The notes under the pieces are model-generated. The model was not told the DNA's origin. It did no database searches and was given only the letters and a program-made list of their open reading frames with translations. A stretch of DNA of 64,000 bases from Hormiphora californensis (Eukaryota > Animalia > Ctenophora). Positions 15,012 to 28,539 of this stretch are shown here, piece after piece (within the stretch, counting starts at the first letter, position 1; each line of letters starts with the position of its first letter). The DNA is taken from contig CM035352.1 of NCBI GenBank assembly GCA_020137815.1, forward strand, positions 2,728,001-2,792,000, given 5' to 3'. The translations under genes were made by a program, and so were the position numbers.

Positions 15012-16319
15012 GAGAGAGAGAGAGAGAGAGAGTGAGAGAGTGAGAGTGAGAGAAAAGAGAGAGACTGATTTGAAAGGAAGCAATGTGATAAAGAACATGC
15101 ACGTGGAAGAAAGCAGTTTTTCCTATGTTTTTTACTTGACTTCACACGTTCTCCTCACACCCCTGACACAACCACTAAACACCAGCCTACTCGCACTTTT
15201 AGTTTTATGAAATAATTTGCCCTAGCTTTGTATTTTTGTTCACCGAAACTTTCTTTGGAAATAAGGAGGGACTGAGAGAGAGAGAACGCTTTCGGGGTGC
15301 CTCATGTTTTGACACCTAAACCCAGTATTTGATAATTTATTTGTCCGCAAGTCCAGTTTTTATGGCACTGGGAAACTTTACATAATTTAGTCTGGGAATT
15401 GGGGCCTCAAATAGTAATCATGCCGGATCACATTTCAACCTAATTGATGATCTATGTAATAGCGTTACTGTCAGTGTCTCAATAAATATCTCAATTCTGA
15501 CTCTCCTCCTCCCCTGATGATATTATAGATAACAGCAGTGGCAATGTGACTGATGGAACCAACAGACCCATGACAAAACGTGCCCGTAGTCCCTCCCTCT
15601 CGAGCGGTAAGCAACCTGGGGTTTATTATAATTGGGTGATGGGGCCCGGGGGTGGGGGGGGGGGGTTGGTTAGGGGGCATATTGGTCGGAGTGATATGAA
15701 GTTTGTGGGGGATTTAGTAGGAAATAACCATGTAAATGGGCTGGTGGTATGTTCTAGAATGTAGTGTGTGTTGAGGGGAGTATTGAGATGTTCTTCAGAA
15801 TGTTTCTAGAGATGTTTCTAGAGACTGCTGGGGTGGGGGCACAATGTAGACACACCATTACATACGTCATCACTTTACTTGGTGACGTCATCACATTACA
15901 TCGTGACGTCATGACTATAATGATAGGAAAAGCGCACAATATTAGACCAGCAGGGCTGAAAAGCATGACTCAATTGAAGGAACTGGTAATTGGGCCAGTA
16001 ATTTCATCTGTTGATGTGATTCCCCCATTACACCCTCCCCTCCCAGAGGGTGTGGGCGGGGGAGGGGGGGGGGGCAAAAGCATGACTTTATATTTTACAA
16101 CCGTATCCTTTCACCTTTTTCTCTCACATTCCACTCCCTCTCTTCCTCTCCATTACCTGGTAAAAGTATCCCTCTCTCCCCTTTGTCTCTCTCTTCTTTT
16201 CCATCTCCCTCGCTTGGGGGTCGGAACGTCTCTCCCCAGACATAGATGTAGTCCTGTACGTGTTGCGTCATTGAGTACACGTGACATATAGGAAACTGGC
16301 CGCCACCCAAATACCTCCA

Positions 16320-16406
<87 letters not shown>

Positions 16407-19400
16407 CCCCCCCCCAAGATGCCCTACACCCACTTCTGGCAGAGTACTACTTACAGTGTCGTGTTCAAGTTGTTACGGATTGTTGTTTATAATCTTTACT
16501 TGTAACAAGTTTCAATTCGCTAAAAGTGGATTTGTTTGAGAGGACAGTTGTATCTTTTAGGCACCTCTCCCTCTCTTCCAGGCCTCCTCATCGCCCCTAT
16601 CGTCCATGTTGGGGTAATTGTAACTTGTTACTTGAATGAGGGGACTGTAGGGGGAAAGGGGACTGATGGGACTGTGATGATGACTGGCAGGGGGAATAGG
16701 AAGTGGGAGGGAGAAAGGGAACTGGGTGGGGGGCAATGGGTACCTAGACTGACATTGCTCTTAGTTGAGAAGTTTTGGCTACTTTTTGAAGCAGGCCATG
16801 GTAGGAAATGTTCGATAAAGTAGTAGTGTGGTTGTTATTGTAAAGTATGATATCAGATCTGTAAACACACACCATCCACTCTCTCATGATATCATGTAGT
16901 ACACTACCAAGTCAACAACAGCAATCTCCCCACTCCCCCCACCAGGCCATGTAACATGTGCCATTTTGTTACAGTCATGAATCACAACCATGAACCCCTG
17001 TCCTTATCATTCCAAAAGTTCTGAATAACATGATCACCCTACATGCTGAGAGTTGAGATGAGTAAAGTGAGGCTGCCCCCTGATAAAAGGCCCGGGTTGA
17101 CTGTGTTTATAGAATGCGTGGGATAGTGGCACAGTATAGTTAATAGTGATGCATTGTCGTACATTATATAGAGCGCTGTATTATATTCATCTGTGTTGAT
17201 TGTCTGATTACTACACCATGCCCAAACGGTCATTAGCTGAACTCCTAAATGGTAGGATATATAGTCCTAGGGTGTGTGATTTGGTAGAGCCTCTAAATGG
17301 GACTATTTTCGGGGCTTCAAGCTAAACCTGTAGTGTTGTATGAGTGGGGACTACAGCAGTATTATTATAGTAGTAGACATGTTGTCTAAAGTATTTCCAT
17401 ACAGTCTCTCACTAGCCCCATCTACCATATCAATTTGAGAACAAGACCACCATGCACCGTATAACCGGTGTAACTGCATGCCTATAGCCCATCCTCTCAA
17501 TAAGTGTCCACTTTCCGCCCACCCGTCTTGCATGCAGTTAGCACTCCCTGCAGTACCAGTGTCCAATGTCTAGCCACACATGCATACCCTAATTAGGTCT
17601 ATCATTACGGGGCAAGGGGGTGGTCCTCTATCAAGTGGGGGAGGGAGTGTCACGTGACCCATCTCACATACCACACTAACTGTCCAGTTAACTAATTGGG
17701 GGAGAGCAATCACTGATTGAGTCATCCCACCATTTCACGATTACACATCAATTGTTACGTTTGTCATTGTCCCCATCTTCTATCGTGGCGTCCAGAAACA
17801 TATCGCACCCTGGTGGTGGTAGGGAGGGGTCTGGCCAGGAGGAGGGAGGTGGTTTAGAGGGTGCATTTGCTAAGTTATCTGTGTCCCGTGCAGAGGACGA
17901 GAATAGAACGTACGAGGAGAGTGGCACCCAGACTAGTCAGGATTCAAACAGGGGTGAAGTCCTGCCTGGTAGTGGAGGGGAGGAGGATGAGGAAGAGATC
18001 ATAACTGACGGACGACGCATCGTGGGACAGGTTTGTTGTGTTTTGAACTTTGCCCCGTGAATTAACTGCACGTGTATCCTAGTTCTGATCGTACAGTGTT
18101 TCTTTGTCATGTTGTTGCCTTTACCCTGTCACTAATATGTACTACAAAATAATTAGCCCCCTACTGCAATGAACCCTCAGATACTACATAGCCCCAAAAT
18201 AATTAGCCCTAAACTGCAGATAATATTACTACAATGAGCCCTTTGTCTTTTGAACCTATGTGTTTCCATAATATCCCCCATCATGACTCTTACCAAGTGA
18301 ACTCCCTAGTGACATCCTGTTCTAATGTCCCCTCCTTTCAGGTCAAGTGGTTCAACGTCAAAAAGGGTTGGGGATTTATCATCGGTGAAAATGGGGAGGA
18401 TATCTTTGTGCATCAAAGTGGGGTTAACAAGGCTGGCTTCCGGTCCTTGGATGACGGTGAGATGGTTGAATACGAGATTAGGAACACAGACAAAGGACCT
18501 GAGGCCTGTAATATCACCGGACCACAAGGTATGGAAGTTGTGACTAGGAAGTTGTCAGTATCAGAAGTCAGTAGTAGTTTGTACCTCTTACTAGCTGTGT
18601 ATTTTGGTAATTATTATACCCGCATACCGTATAACACCGTGTTTTTATGCTACACGATGTACGTCCATCTATACTGCACATGTAATGCCCAGTTGTGAAC
18701 TAGTCCTCCATTTGTCTAACTCAATTTACCACTCTCTCTCTCTCGTAGGTTCTTCTGTCCTGGGCAGTCAACGGAGAAAGAGAATGAGAATTTTACAAAA
18801 ACAGCGGAAAAACAGGTAGGTCACCCGCACCACTATATCGGTTTAAGTTCGGTTAATTGTCCTAAAAATATCTCGACTTCACCGTTCTGCTACCTGTTAT
18901 AAACTGTCTTGGAACCGGAAGCCATGGTTTACAAATAGTTAAAAATGGCTGCCGATGTATGAAACAGATGTTGTGCCTGAACTGAACTTGGTTCAGTTGA
19001 AAAATAACTAAAACAATAATATCCTAAGCTGAACTAAGCTGTGTGTATAACTATTGATGTAAATCAAGTTGATTCTATATGTACGTGTTGATATGAATTC
19101 TTGTGAACTGTATTGTAAGCTATCTGATCGACACCGAGCTAACTAAAACCAAGAGAGATCGGTGTCACACAACATGCTTTATCTGTCTAGATCACACATC
19201 AGAACATAGTGTCAAACATTGTCACTATATTCTGATGTGTTCCCAATTCCTGATCCTATAAATGCTGTTTATTATCCCCATATCTCTCTCTACCCCATTC
19301 TTTCTTTGTAGGTGTTTCAATTGTAACGTTGAAGGACACATTGCTAGTACATGTCCTATCCCAAACACTACAAAAAGGTGCCATGTCTGTCTGAAGGAAG

Positions 19401-20421
19401 ATCACCTCATGAGACAATGCCCCCACCAACCCCTCCTATTGCAACAGGTGCGGTGCAGAGAATTCTATCTCCCAGCTCCATTAATTATTTGATCTGACTA
19501 ATTCTAACAGTTAATGAATTCTCCCATTTGAGAAAGCTTTATTACCGAACAATCTAACCAATATATCTGATTCAGGAGGGACTCTCCCCCGGATCTCCGC
19601 CCCAAACGGTAATATCAAACGCAGCAGCAGCAGCAGCAGCGGCGGCAGCTGCTGGAATTCCTCCCGGGATGAGACCCGCTCTTATGACTTCACAGTCAGC
19701 CCTACAACCTCCCCAACCCTCCACTAGCCTCATAACTCAGGTATGTGTGGGTGAAACTCTCACCTGGTTTATTTTAGTTCTCCTCCTGATGGGATGGGCG
19801 TAGTTATAGCCGGGATTGTATTGTTGTTTTCCCTTGCTCCAAGCGGGATCTACATCATTAGACCGGTTTAGATTTCCAGTTCCCAACATTTCCCAGACAC
19901 CCCCCCCCCCCCCCAATTAGCTAACTGCCCTGCTAACTGCCCGCAATTAACACACACTAACTGTTTTCCAGATTCAACTCCAACAACAAGCACTACAACA
20001 ACAGCTGCTACATCAGCAACTCAACCCAGCTGGTGCCCAACAAGCCCTCATTCATGGCCAACAACCCTTCTTAGCGCCCTCCAGCCAGCAGTTAACACCT
20101 CAACTGTTCTATACGATGGGGGCTCAGCAGCATCTTGGGCTACAACCCATGAATTTAATGGACCCTTCCTTTGAACCGGTAAGATATCTGAGGTTCCCAT
20201 TTGGTGGTATCAAGAACATATTTGTGCTGTAAAAATACCTAACACCCCCTCCCTCACCAAATACCCCCTCTCCCTCACCTACCATCCCTCACCTCTCTTA
20301 CCTAACACCCCTCTCTATCACCTAACACCCTTTCCCTTCCGAGCCACCACCTAAAACCCCCTCTCTCACCTAGATCCTGTATACCTACATGCCACGGTTC
20401 CCTCCTGGACCCCCTATATGA
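9111..20421 (+). CDS. LIN28: Lin28-like RNA-binding protein (cold-shock domain + two CCHC knuckles + poly-Ala/Gln tail). Exons 9111-9135, 15529-15606, 17894-18030, 18342-18528, 18749-18815, 19312-19447, 19576-19740, 19972-20178, 20374-20421
   Basis: CSD GQVKWFNVKKGWGFI...DIFVHQS...GFRSL...ITGPQGSSVLGSQRRK, basic linker, then RCFNCNVEGHIASTC-PIPNTTKR-CHVCLKEDHLMRQC, the canonical Lin28 layout. All junctions are GT-AG and phase-compatible. The two 5' exons and the last exon are less certain than the core (17894-19447). Confidence 0.85.
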
Positions 20422-21323
20422 GGAACACCGCTACACCAGCCACCCCAGCTATCATATCAGAGAGACGAAACACCTGAAGATGCGTGATGGTGTACAGTGT
20501 GTGTGTAGGACAGCATATGTGTGCGGAAGAACTGCACAGAAAGAGAGGGATATAATATTGATTATGTTTGAGTTGTTTCGGATTGAGATTGGTTGACATT
20601 AGTTTGTGGAAAGGTTTGTTTTTTACAAAGTCTGATCTGGGACGGACGAGAGAGAGAGAGAATTAAATTATTATCAATTGTATTATGCTCCGGAGTGAGG
20701 AGAGAGAGATATAAGTGAAACTGAAAGCACATATTGCACACATCTCACCAGTACAGCAGCCCAGCCAGCAACTTTATATTTTATGCAGCTCTTTATTTTT
20801 CGACCATTTCATTTTATACATAACCTGCTCGTGTCTGTATACAGTGGTAGGAACCCTTTATTATAGATCTGTGTGTTGTTTAGTTCGAAGTGATTGGGTA
20901 ATACCAGAGTGTGTTACCAATCAGTGAGAGTTCAGTACCTTGTAGCCCCATTGTTTGATTTGTTAGTTGCTTCTCAAGTGAGTCATTGCCAACTAATTAC
21001 CGTGTTTTCATTCTCGTGGAATTAAAGGGGACCATTCATAAAACTTTCCAATTCCATGCCCCCCTGGCCCTCCGGAAATTCTCACTCCTACTTATTCCAA
21101 ACCCCAGAGCCAATAATCCACCTCAACAGGCTCAATTCCGAATCAATGTTTTATGAATGGTCCCGGAGAGATAAAATCAAATAAATCCGGGGTTCAAGAA
21201 TCAGAATAAATAGATCCATGACCAGCAAGGATTCACAAAATAACAAGATCCTCTATCGGGTGCTAAACAGGAAACTAGCAGACACGTTCTCAACAACAAG
21301 TTGTAACAGAAATGAAAAGTGTT

Positions 21324-21718
21324 TCATCGGGTTATAGAGTTTGTTTGACACTCATCCACAAATTCCTTAACACGCTCAGTGAGGCTGTCACTTTGTTCAG
21401 CTAGATGATCTAGGTAGGCCTCGATTTTCTCCATATCTTCCATTATAAGCCGCATCTCCTCTTCTTCTGGACCTAAAGTGGGAGCAAGGGAGTTAACAAA
21501 CACTAAACAGACTCCTAAATCAGTTATACTAATCAATCTATAGCTGCTTCATCAGAATAAAAAGAAGATACAATATGGGGATAGACTGAGCCCTGGGAAA
21601 ACTGACCGGTCATGTGATCGTCCCCTTCCTGGTGTTCGGCAGGTTCATCAATATCGGGGTGATCATTCAACTCGATCCCATTTTCAAAACCATTGCTTTC
21701 TCCCTCACCATCAACCAT
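21324..21718 (-). CDS. Bublin/C9orf16 (UPF0184)-like small coiled-coil protein; exons 21718-21607, 21472-21324
   Basis: Acidic N-terminus, then EEEEMRLIMEDMEKIEAYLDHLAEQSDSLTERVKEFVDEC, resembling the UPF0184 motif (LDQI..CLDHLEEKND.L). Phase-1 GT-AG intron. Confidence 0.65.
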
Positions 21719-22042
21719 ATCACTGGCTACAAGTGCTGCATTTTTTAGAGTGAAATTCGCTGAGTAAAATGACTCTTGGGCGCTTGTCAGTACACAATTG
21801 GACCGTGGGAATATTTGCGCGCGAGTCTTTAGAAAAATATCCCAGCGCGTTACTGCTTACGGAAACTGGGGGGGGATACACACAGAGGGGTCTACAGCGG
21901 GGGGAGGGGGGTGCAAACGAAATAAATGATAAATACTAGTAAATGAAAGATAATAAATGAAAGATAATAAATTAAGATACCGGACATGCAGTAAAATGTG
22001 ATAAAAATGTTCAGATTACAATTTCAATTGTATTCATCATAC

Positions 22043-22518
22043 TCATTCAAGACCTAGGTCTTTCATTTGCTTTAATGTTTTTTGATGTGCCTCCTCAATA
22101 ATTTGAGTCAGAAATACGTGATTTTCAGTGATGAATTTATCACTGTCTGTCTCACCGCAACTATACATGTACCCCAATATCAATGACTCCATCATGTCTT
22201 TAAACTTCTTCTTTTTCTCTTCGCCCTTTTGCAATTCTGAAAAGGGGAGAGCGGATTAAAAAATAATGCCGTGGTTGCTGGTTTAGAGGGTTTATCATAA
22301 TGAACAGGAAAGAAACTATAAGTAAATTTATTGTATGAAATCAACTAACCAAAGTACTTCGCTCTCTCTTGAAGATATTCGTCCCTCCTCATTTCCATAA
22401 CGAGGTCCAGGTCTTCAGATTCACTAACTTCATCCTCCATGCCTAAGTTATGGAGAGGAAAGAAGTTTTATTGAGGTAACTTTTTTTGGAATAAGCCAAG
22501 GGATAGAAAGTAAACATG

Positions 22519-22568
<50 letters not shown>

Positions 22569-22571
22569 TGA

Positions 22572-22640
<69 letters not shown>

Positions 22641-22754
22641 GGTAGGGTAAAGGAGATAAAGACAGCAAAACATACAAGCCATGTTACCTGTTTCGTATCC
22701 CTGTTCTTCCTCCGCCGATTCGTCAGATTCACTAATTTCATCCTCCCGTACCAT
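22043..22754 (-). CDS. Small acidic protein of unknown function (~117 aa); exons 22754-22688, 22442-22350, 22236-22043
   Basis: Three exons join in phase via GT-AG introns into a stop-free ORF. No family recognised. Confidence 0.6.
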
Positions 22755-22819
22755 GACTAAGTTATCAAGAGGAAAGAGTTATAAAGAGGAAAGAGTTATA
22801 AAGAGGAAAGAGTTATATA

Positions 22820-23645
22820 GAATGCTTTATATTGGGAGATATTGGGATAACTTTTGGGATAAGTCAAGGGATGGAAAGTAAATATGACTGCTTATGGAAA
22901 CTAGGGAGTAGAGCACAGGGGATATATTGCTAATTGCACAGATAGGGTCTATCGAGAGCCAAGGTTTTAATTTGGGATTGAAACACTGCAAGGTTTTGTA
23001 AAACGTTGTAAAATTGTAATTCGGGGCCTGGCAAGGCCCCCCGACCCGAATATAACCCAAACTCAATCCATCCCCCCTAAAACATCCCCCCTAAAACTAA
23101 AACAACGGGGCCGAGCCGACAGGCCCTTAATACCAGATGAAAAAAAAACCATAAAACCATAACCATAACCATAACCATAGATATTTTTAGAGTGAAAGTT
23201 TTGAAGCCCGCTGAAGTAGTAGAGAGGTGTTCTATGGCTCGTTGGAAAGGTCCCGAGGTCCCGCGACGTATAGGGGGTGTGGCGATGGCCATACCCAAAC
23301 CTATAAGGGGTAGGACGCGAAAAACAGTCAAAATAAGGGGTATACAGAACTCGGCAATTAGAAGGAGTAGAAAGGTGTTCTAGGGTGCGTTCGAAAGCTC
23401 TCGAGGTGCTGAAGTAATTGGAATGTAATTGGAAGTAATTACATGTAATTAAAATGTAATTACATGTAATTAAAGGGTAATTACATGTAATTAAAAGGTC
23501 TAAATGACCCCAAATGACAATTCAGACATATTTTGACATATTTGGAGGCCCTGAGACCAGCGGGTGGCAAAATTTAATCCGGTTTCGGGTCGGCTGACGT
23601 AAAAACTCCGCGTTTTGGTCGAGTAAGATATAAAAATATATAAAT
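22820..23645. repeat. Probable interspersed repeat/transposon remnant with (AACCAT)n and (GTAATTACAT)n-like internal repeats
   Basis: Short tandems at 23147-23178 and 23414-23494 and a duplicated gtagtag..ggtgttcta motif. No TIR or TSD resolved. Confidence 0.4.
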
Positions 23646-23652
23646 CTAAAAA

Positions 23653-26600
23653 TCAATTATCGAACTCGATTTCACTGTCACTCAGCTCCTCCGAGTCCAC
23701 TAGATCTGCAGCAGTGTCACTGCTAACATCCTCCTCCTCCTCCTCCACTGATCCATGATCTTCCTCTTCTATATCTTCCCCTTCTTTATCTTCCCCTTCT
23801 TTATCTTCTTCCACCACTTCATTCCCAGCCTTCTTCCCCTTCATTTCCTCTGATTGGCGTGGCATGATACAGGGTCTCTCGGGGTGAACCATGTGCAAAT
23901 GAGTCCTTAGTCCTTTCAATGAAGGGTTCAGATACGAACAATAAACGCATTGGTAACTCGAAGGATTATCGTGGAGCTTCAAATGTTTTTGAATGTCTGC
24001 AAATGCTTCATCCCTCTGGGAAGTGTAGTCGCACCGGGGACATTGAACCGCCATGGGAAGATCGGAGTGGAACTCTTTCTGGTGAGCACGACGGTCAGCC
24101 CTAGTCTCACCAATATAAAGACAATAGGGACATTTGAAAGAGGTTTTATCTTTGAGTCGTTTCACGTTCGGTTCGTACATTTTAACGTCCAGCAGTTTTC
24201 CCGGGTGTACTTTTGTGACATGGAATTTTTGGGCTTTCATCTCTTCACTCAAATAATCGCAATACTTGCAGACATAACCGGTAGATCTCAAATGGGCCTT
24301 CATATGTTTCCCCAGTGTTTGAGATGCATATTTTCCTGTTGTGAAAAACCGACATTTCGGACATTGCATCTTAATTCTGTCCACTTTTTCTTTTTTACCC
24401 TTCCCTTCTCCGGTTCCATATTTACCGGTAGCCTTATACTCTGTCGAGGGATCATCAGGCTTCAATTTAAGGGTAAATGGTAAACCAGGGTGATGTTTTT
24501 TGTGGTGGCTTACCTGCCCCTTAAAGGACATGTTCAAAAAAGGGCAATGTTCACATGTGTAGTTGAGAGGGGAGTTGTGGGCCTTGATGTGTTTAGCAAG
24601 TTTCTGGGAGGAATGCACTCCTGTAGCAACAAATGGACACGATAGACACGGTCTTCGATCTTTAGTCCCTTCACTTTCCATTACATCATCTTCATCATGG
24701 GTCTCTTGCTCGGTAGTTTGCCCTTCCTTTTCTAATTCATCATCTTCTCCGACTGTTTCCTCGTCTTCTTCAATTGTATCATTATCATCATTATCAGTTT
24801 CTGCCTCATCTTCATTGTCCTCATCTGATTCCTCCTGAGCCCCCACCTCATGCCCACTGACGTTGCAGGCTTCCTTCCACCTCTGTCTGGGAAGATCCCG
24901 ATGCTTGTCCGTATGGTGCCTCCGCAAGTGCCTCTTTGAGAGACACATGTAAGAACAGTACTGACAGGTGTAGTTTACACGAGAGCGGTGGGCCTTTATG
25001 TGGTAAGCCATCGCCCGAACGGTATCCGGTACATAGTCACACTGTGAGCACTGTTCACCACGGGCATACTTTACTTGGGGATCAGCTGACTCTTTTGTAG
25101 AGTGGTACTTTCTTTTGTGTGTAGTAAGAAAGCTATGTCTGCTGGTAAGGAAGGGGCAAAGATCGCACTTGAAACTCCCCGGGTCCTTATGAAGTTTCAT
25201 GTGTCTGTTCATGGTGACAGTTCTCCAGCCGTCGTTCCCCTGATGGACTGTTAGTGTGTACTCACAAATATCACACTTCATATCACTGGACATGGTGACT
25301 TTACCAGATCCAGTAATGCTTGGTGTTGGTGACGTAATCTCCCCTCCACTATCAGCCGTGCACTGGAAGCCATCATCATCACCAATCGATTCTGTAATGG
25401 CTGGTGTAGGCATCTTTATGGGTTTCAGGGACTCATCAGGGTGGTAGCGCTCTCATATGCTGGATGTAGTTTTTGCGAGTTCCCAAGAAATGACAAGCAT
25501 CACAGCTGTATGCGTCATCTAGAAGGTGGGCTTCTGTATGTACGGTTGCTGGTCGACCTTTGTAACCTCGCCATGGACATTTTGGGCAAGAAACTTTAGG
25601 TTTATTTTGTGTAGTCATTTCCTTGGGTTTGAGGGGCTCATCCGGGTGATAAGCCTTCATGTGGCAGATGTAGTTTTTGCGGGTTCCCAAGAAATGACAA
25701 GCATCACAGCTGTATGCGTCATCTAGAAGATGGGCTTCTGCATGCACGGTTGCCGGTTGACCTTTGTAACCCCGCCAGGGACATTTTGGGCAAGAAACTA
25801 TTGGTCGATTCTTTCCGATAGACAAAGGATGTTTGATCTTGAGTATCAAGGGTGGTTTACTGGTCTGACCACTAGGCCTCAGTAACACTTGGTTTGGAAC
25901 TCAGTTGCGGACTTGGTTTGGTAATTGACGTGATCGGCACTGCTGTACAGTCTATCGGCTTCACGGGCAGTCCCGGGTGAAGTTTCCTCATGTGCTGCCT
26001 GTAGTTTTTACGATTTCCCAAGAAATGGCAAATAGTCGCAGAGATATGAGTTATCTAGAAGATGGGCTTCTGCGTGCAAGGTTGCTGGTGGACCTTTAAA
26101 ACCAACCCAAGGGCATTTCGGACAGGATGTCAATGCACTTTTTTTCTCTACTTTTTGCTTACCACCATTCTCCACGGCTACATCAGTCGGAATCATTCTA
26201 CAACAGAAACACTTCCCGTTGTTGAAACTTTGAGAGGTTTAATCCTTAGGAACAGTGGTTCTGGAATGTTAGTTGGAGTAGAATCAGCTTCAATTTTCTT
26301 AGTCAGCACTTTCGATTGGTGCTACAACTCTCTTATCCATAATCGGTGCACCCCGGTGGTTTTTCCGCATGTGTTTCCAATAACTCTCGTATTTTGCACT
26401 AATAAAATAGCAGATTTCACAGCGGTAAGTCTCAGGCTGACGATGGGCCTCAGCGTGTCGGTAGGCCACATAACCAGTAGGCCCCTTCCAGGGACACTCA
26501 GGACAGGACACACGTTTGTGTGTTCCTTTTGCACTGCCTTTCACTTCATTCGTTCTATCCTCCTCAAAACCAGGATTCATCGTAAGATTCATCAGAAGGT

Positions 26601-28539
26601 TTCCGTGTCTTCCATGCTGGATCGTTAGGGTGAGGTGGGACGTTAGCTGGTAGACCATCATGCTTTCGATGCACGTGCTTTTTATAATTGCTGTAATACA
26701 CAGAGAGGAATAAGCAGTGTTCACACTTTGTAGCTCCATGGGGAGGCATGTGCTTTGATGTGTGCTGACATTACTATAGAGCTCAAGTGAAACCATCCAC
26801 AATGAGGGCACAACTGACTACTGCTGGCTCCAGTTCCACATTTCCTCCGTTTTTCACCCCGTCCTGAACGATCTCCTTTACTAACACTCTTGCTCGGGCT
26901 AGGGGGTTCCTCTCCTTCCCACTGTAAAGGTGTTACTTTTCCCACTTTCAGTCTGGTCCGGGTCATCTGGATGAGGTGGAAGGGTAGCAGGTAATCCCGG
27001 ATGCTGCCGATAGACGTGCCTCCTGTAATTTCTGTGGCTAACAGTTAGATAGAGGCAATACTCGCACTTGTAGTTCCATGCTGCCTCATGTGCCTGGATA
27101 TGTAGATCCATCACTGTGACGTGTCTGTGACGCCAGACACAATAAGGACAGGTAATCCCGTCTTCGGGGTGACGCTGTAAGTCTTGCGGCTGATTGGGAT
27201 GTTGCTTATTACAGTGTGCTTTGAATAGTTTGTAGTCTACTGTGATATATAGGCAGAATTCACACTTGTAATTCCAAGGTGCCTCATGTGCCTCGATGTG
27301 CCGAGCCAAGACCTTGTCACTTTTCATCTGTCGATTCCATGCACAGTAAGGGCAGCCGTTTGTATTCTTGGTTTCGTTTCCGTCCGGTACCTCCTCCCCC
27401 TCCTCTCCCTCACTTTCATCGCCATCCCCTTCATCGGATAACTTCCGCTTCACGCCTTGGGTACTGGCCTCTTCTTGTTTGTCTTCATCTGGATGAGGTT
27501 GAAGGGTAGCAGTTAACCCAGGATGCTGCCGATAGTTGTGCCTTTTGTAATGACTGTAACTAACAGTGAGATACAGGCAATATTCGCACTTGTAGTTCCA
27601 TGCTGCCTCGTGCGCCTGGATGTGTAGGGCCATGTGACTTGAGTTGTTGTGATGCCATGCACAGTAGGGACAAGTAATCTTATACTTCGTCTCCTTCCTA
27701 TTTGGTTCTTCTTCGTTCTCTTTGGTCCCTTCTGTCTCTCCCTCCTCTCCCTCACTTTCATCTCCATCTTCCTCATTGGACAATTTCCGCTTCACACCTA
27801 GGGAATTACTGGCCTCGTCTTCGGGATCACGTTGAACGTTGTGTGGAAGATTGGGATGTTGCCTATTTGAATGTTGTCTATAAAGGCTGTAATTAACAGT
27901 GAGATACAGGCAATACTCGCATTTGTAGTTCCATGGTGCCTCGTGTGCCTGGATGTGTAGGGCCATGTGACTTGAGTTGTTGTGATGCCATGCACAGTGA
28001 GGGCAACTCATTTTCTGGTTCCTACGTTCATTTTCAAAGTTTGCTCCCTTCTTCTCTGCAGGCTTTCCGTCACCATTATTTGTGGGGTGTTCTGAACGGA
28101 CATGGATGGACAATTTGGAGCGATCCGTTGTTGTGTAGGTGCACTGGGAGCAGAACAGTTTATCAGACTGCCGTGCCCGCTTTCCTCCGCCCTCCCTGTG
28201 AGTCTTCATGTGTTCCAATACCCTGATTTGACAGGTATCCTTGAAGTCACAGTACATACATTCCGCCCTTTCATCTTCCACCTCCCTTTCACTCTCCTCC
28301 TCTTCTTCAGACTCCAACAACTCAGGATGAAATCGCCGGATGTGAGCTGTAAACTCTCCAAACTCCTTACTCCTAAAGGCGCAGTGGTAGCAGCGATGGT
28401 CAGGAAGGAAGCTATGTCGTTGAGACATGTGAGTGTTGTACTGGTCAGCTGTTTGACAGGAAAAGTTGCAGGCCGAACAGGTGAACTCATACTGATTGTT
28501 GAATAGCTCACTTTCATCTTTTTCTTCTTCGATAGACAT
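23653..28539 (-). CDS. Large intronless multi-C2H2 zinc-finger protein (~1600 aa if continuous), with several frameshifts between ~25430 and ~26930
   Basis: Repeated CxxC..H...H doublets (CPYCAW..H..AHEA.WNYKCEYCLY..H...HP) run through ORFs 26899-28632, 26721-26966, 26564-26749, 26299-26811, 26008-26196, 25436-25888 and 23653-25413. The ATG at 28539 matches the paralogue's start (MS.EEEKD.SELF). Confidence 0.8.
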
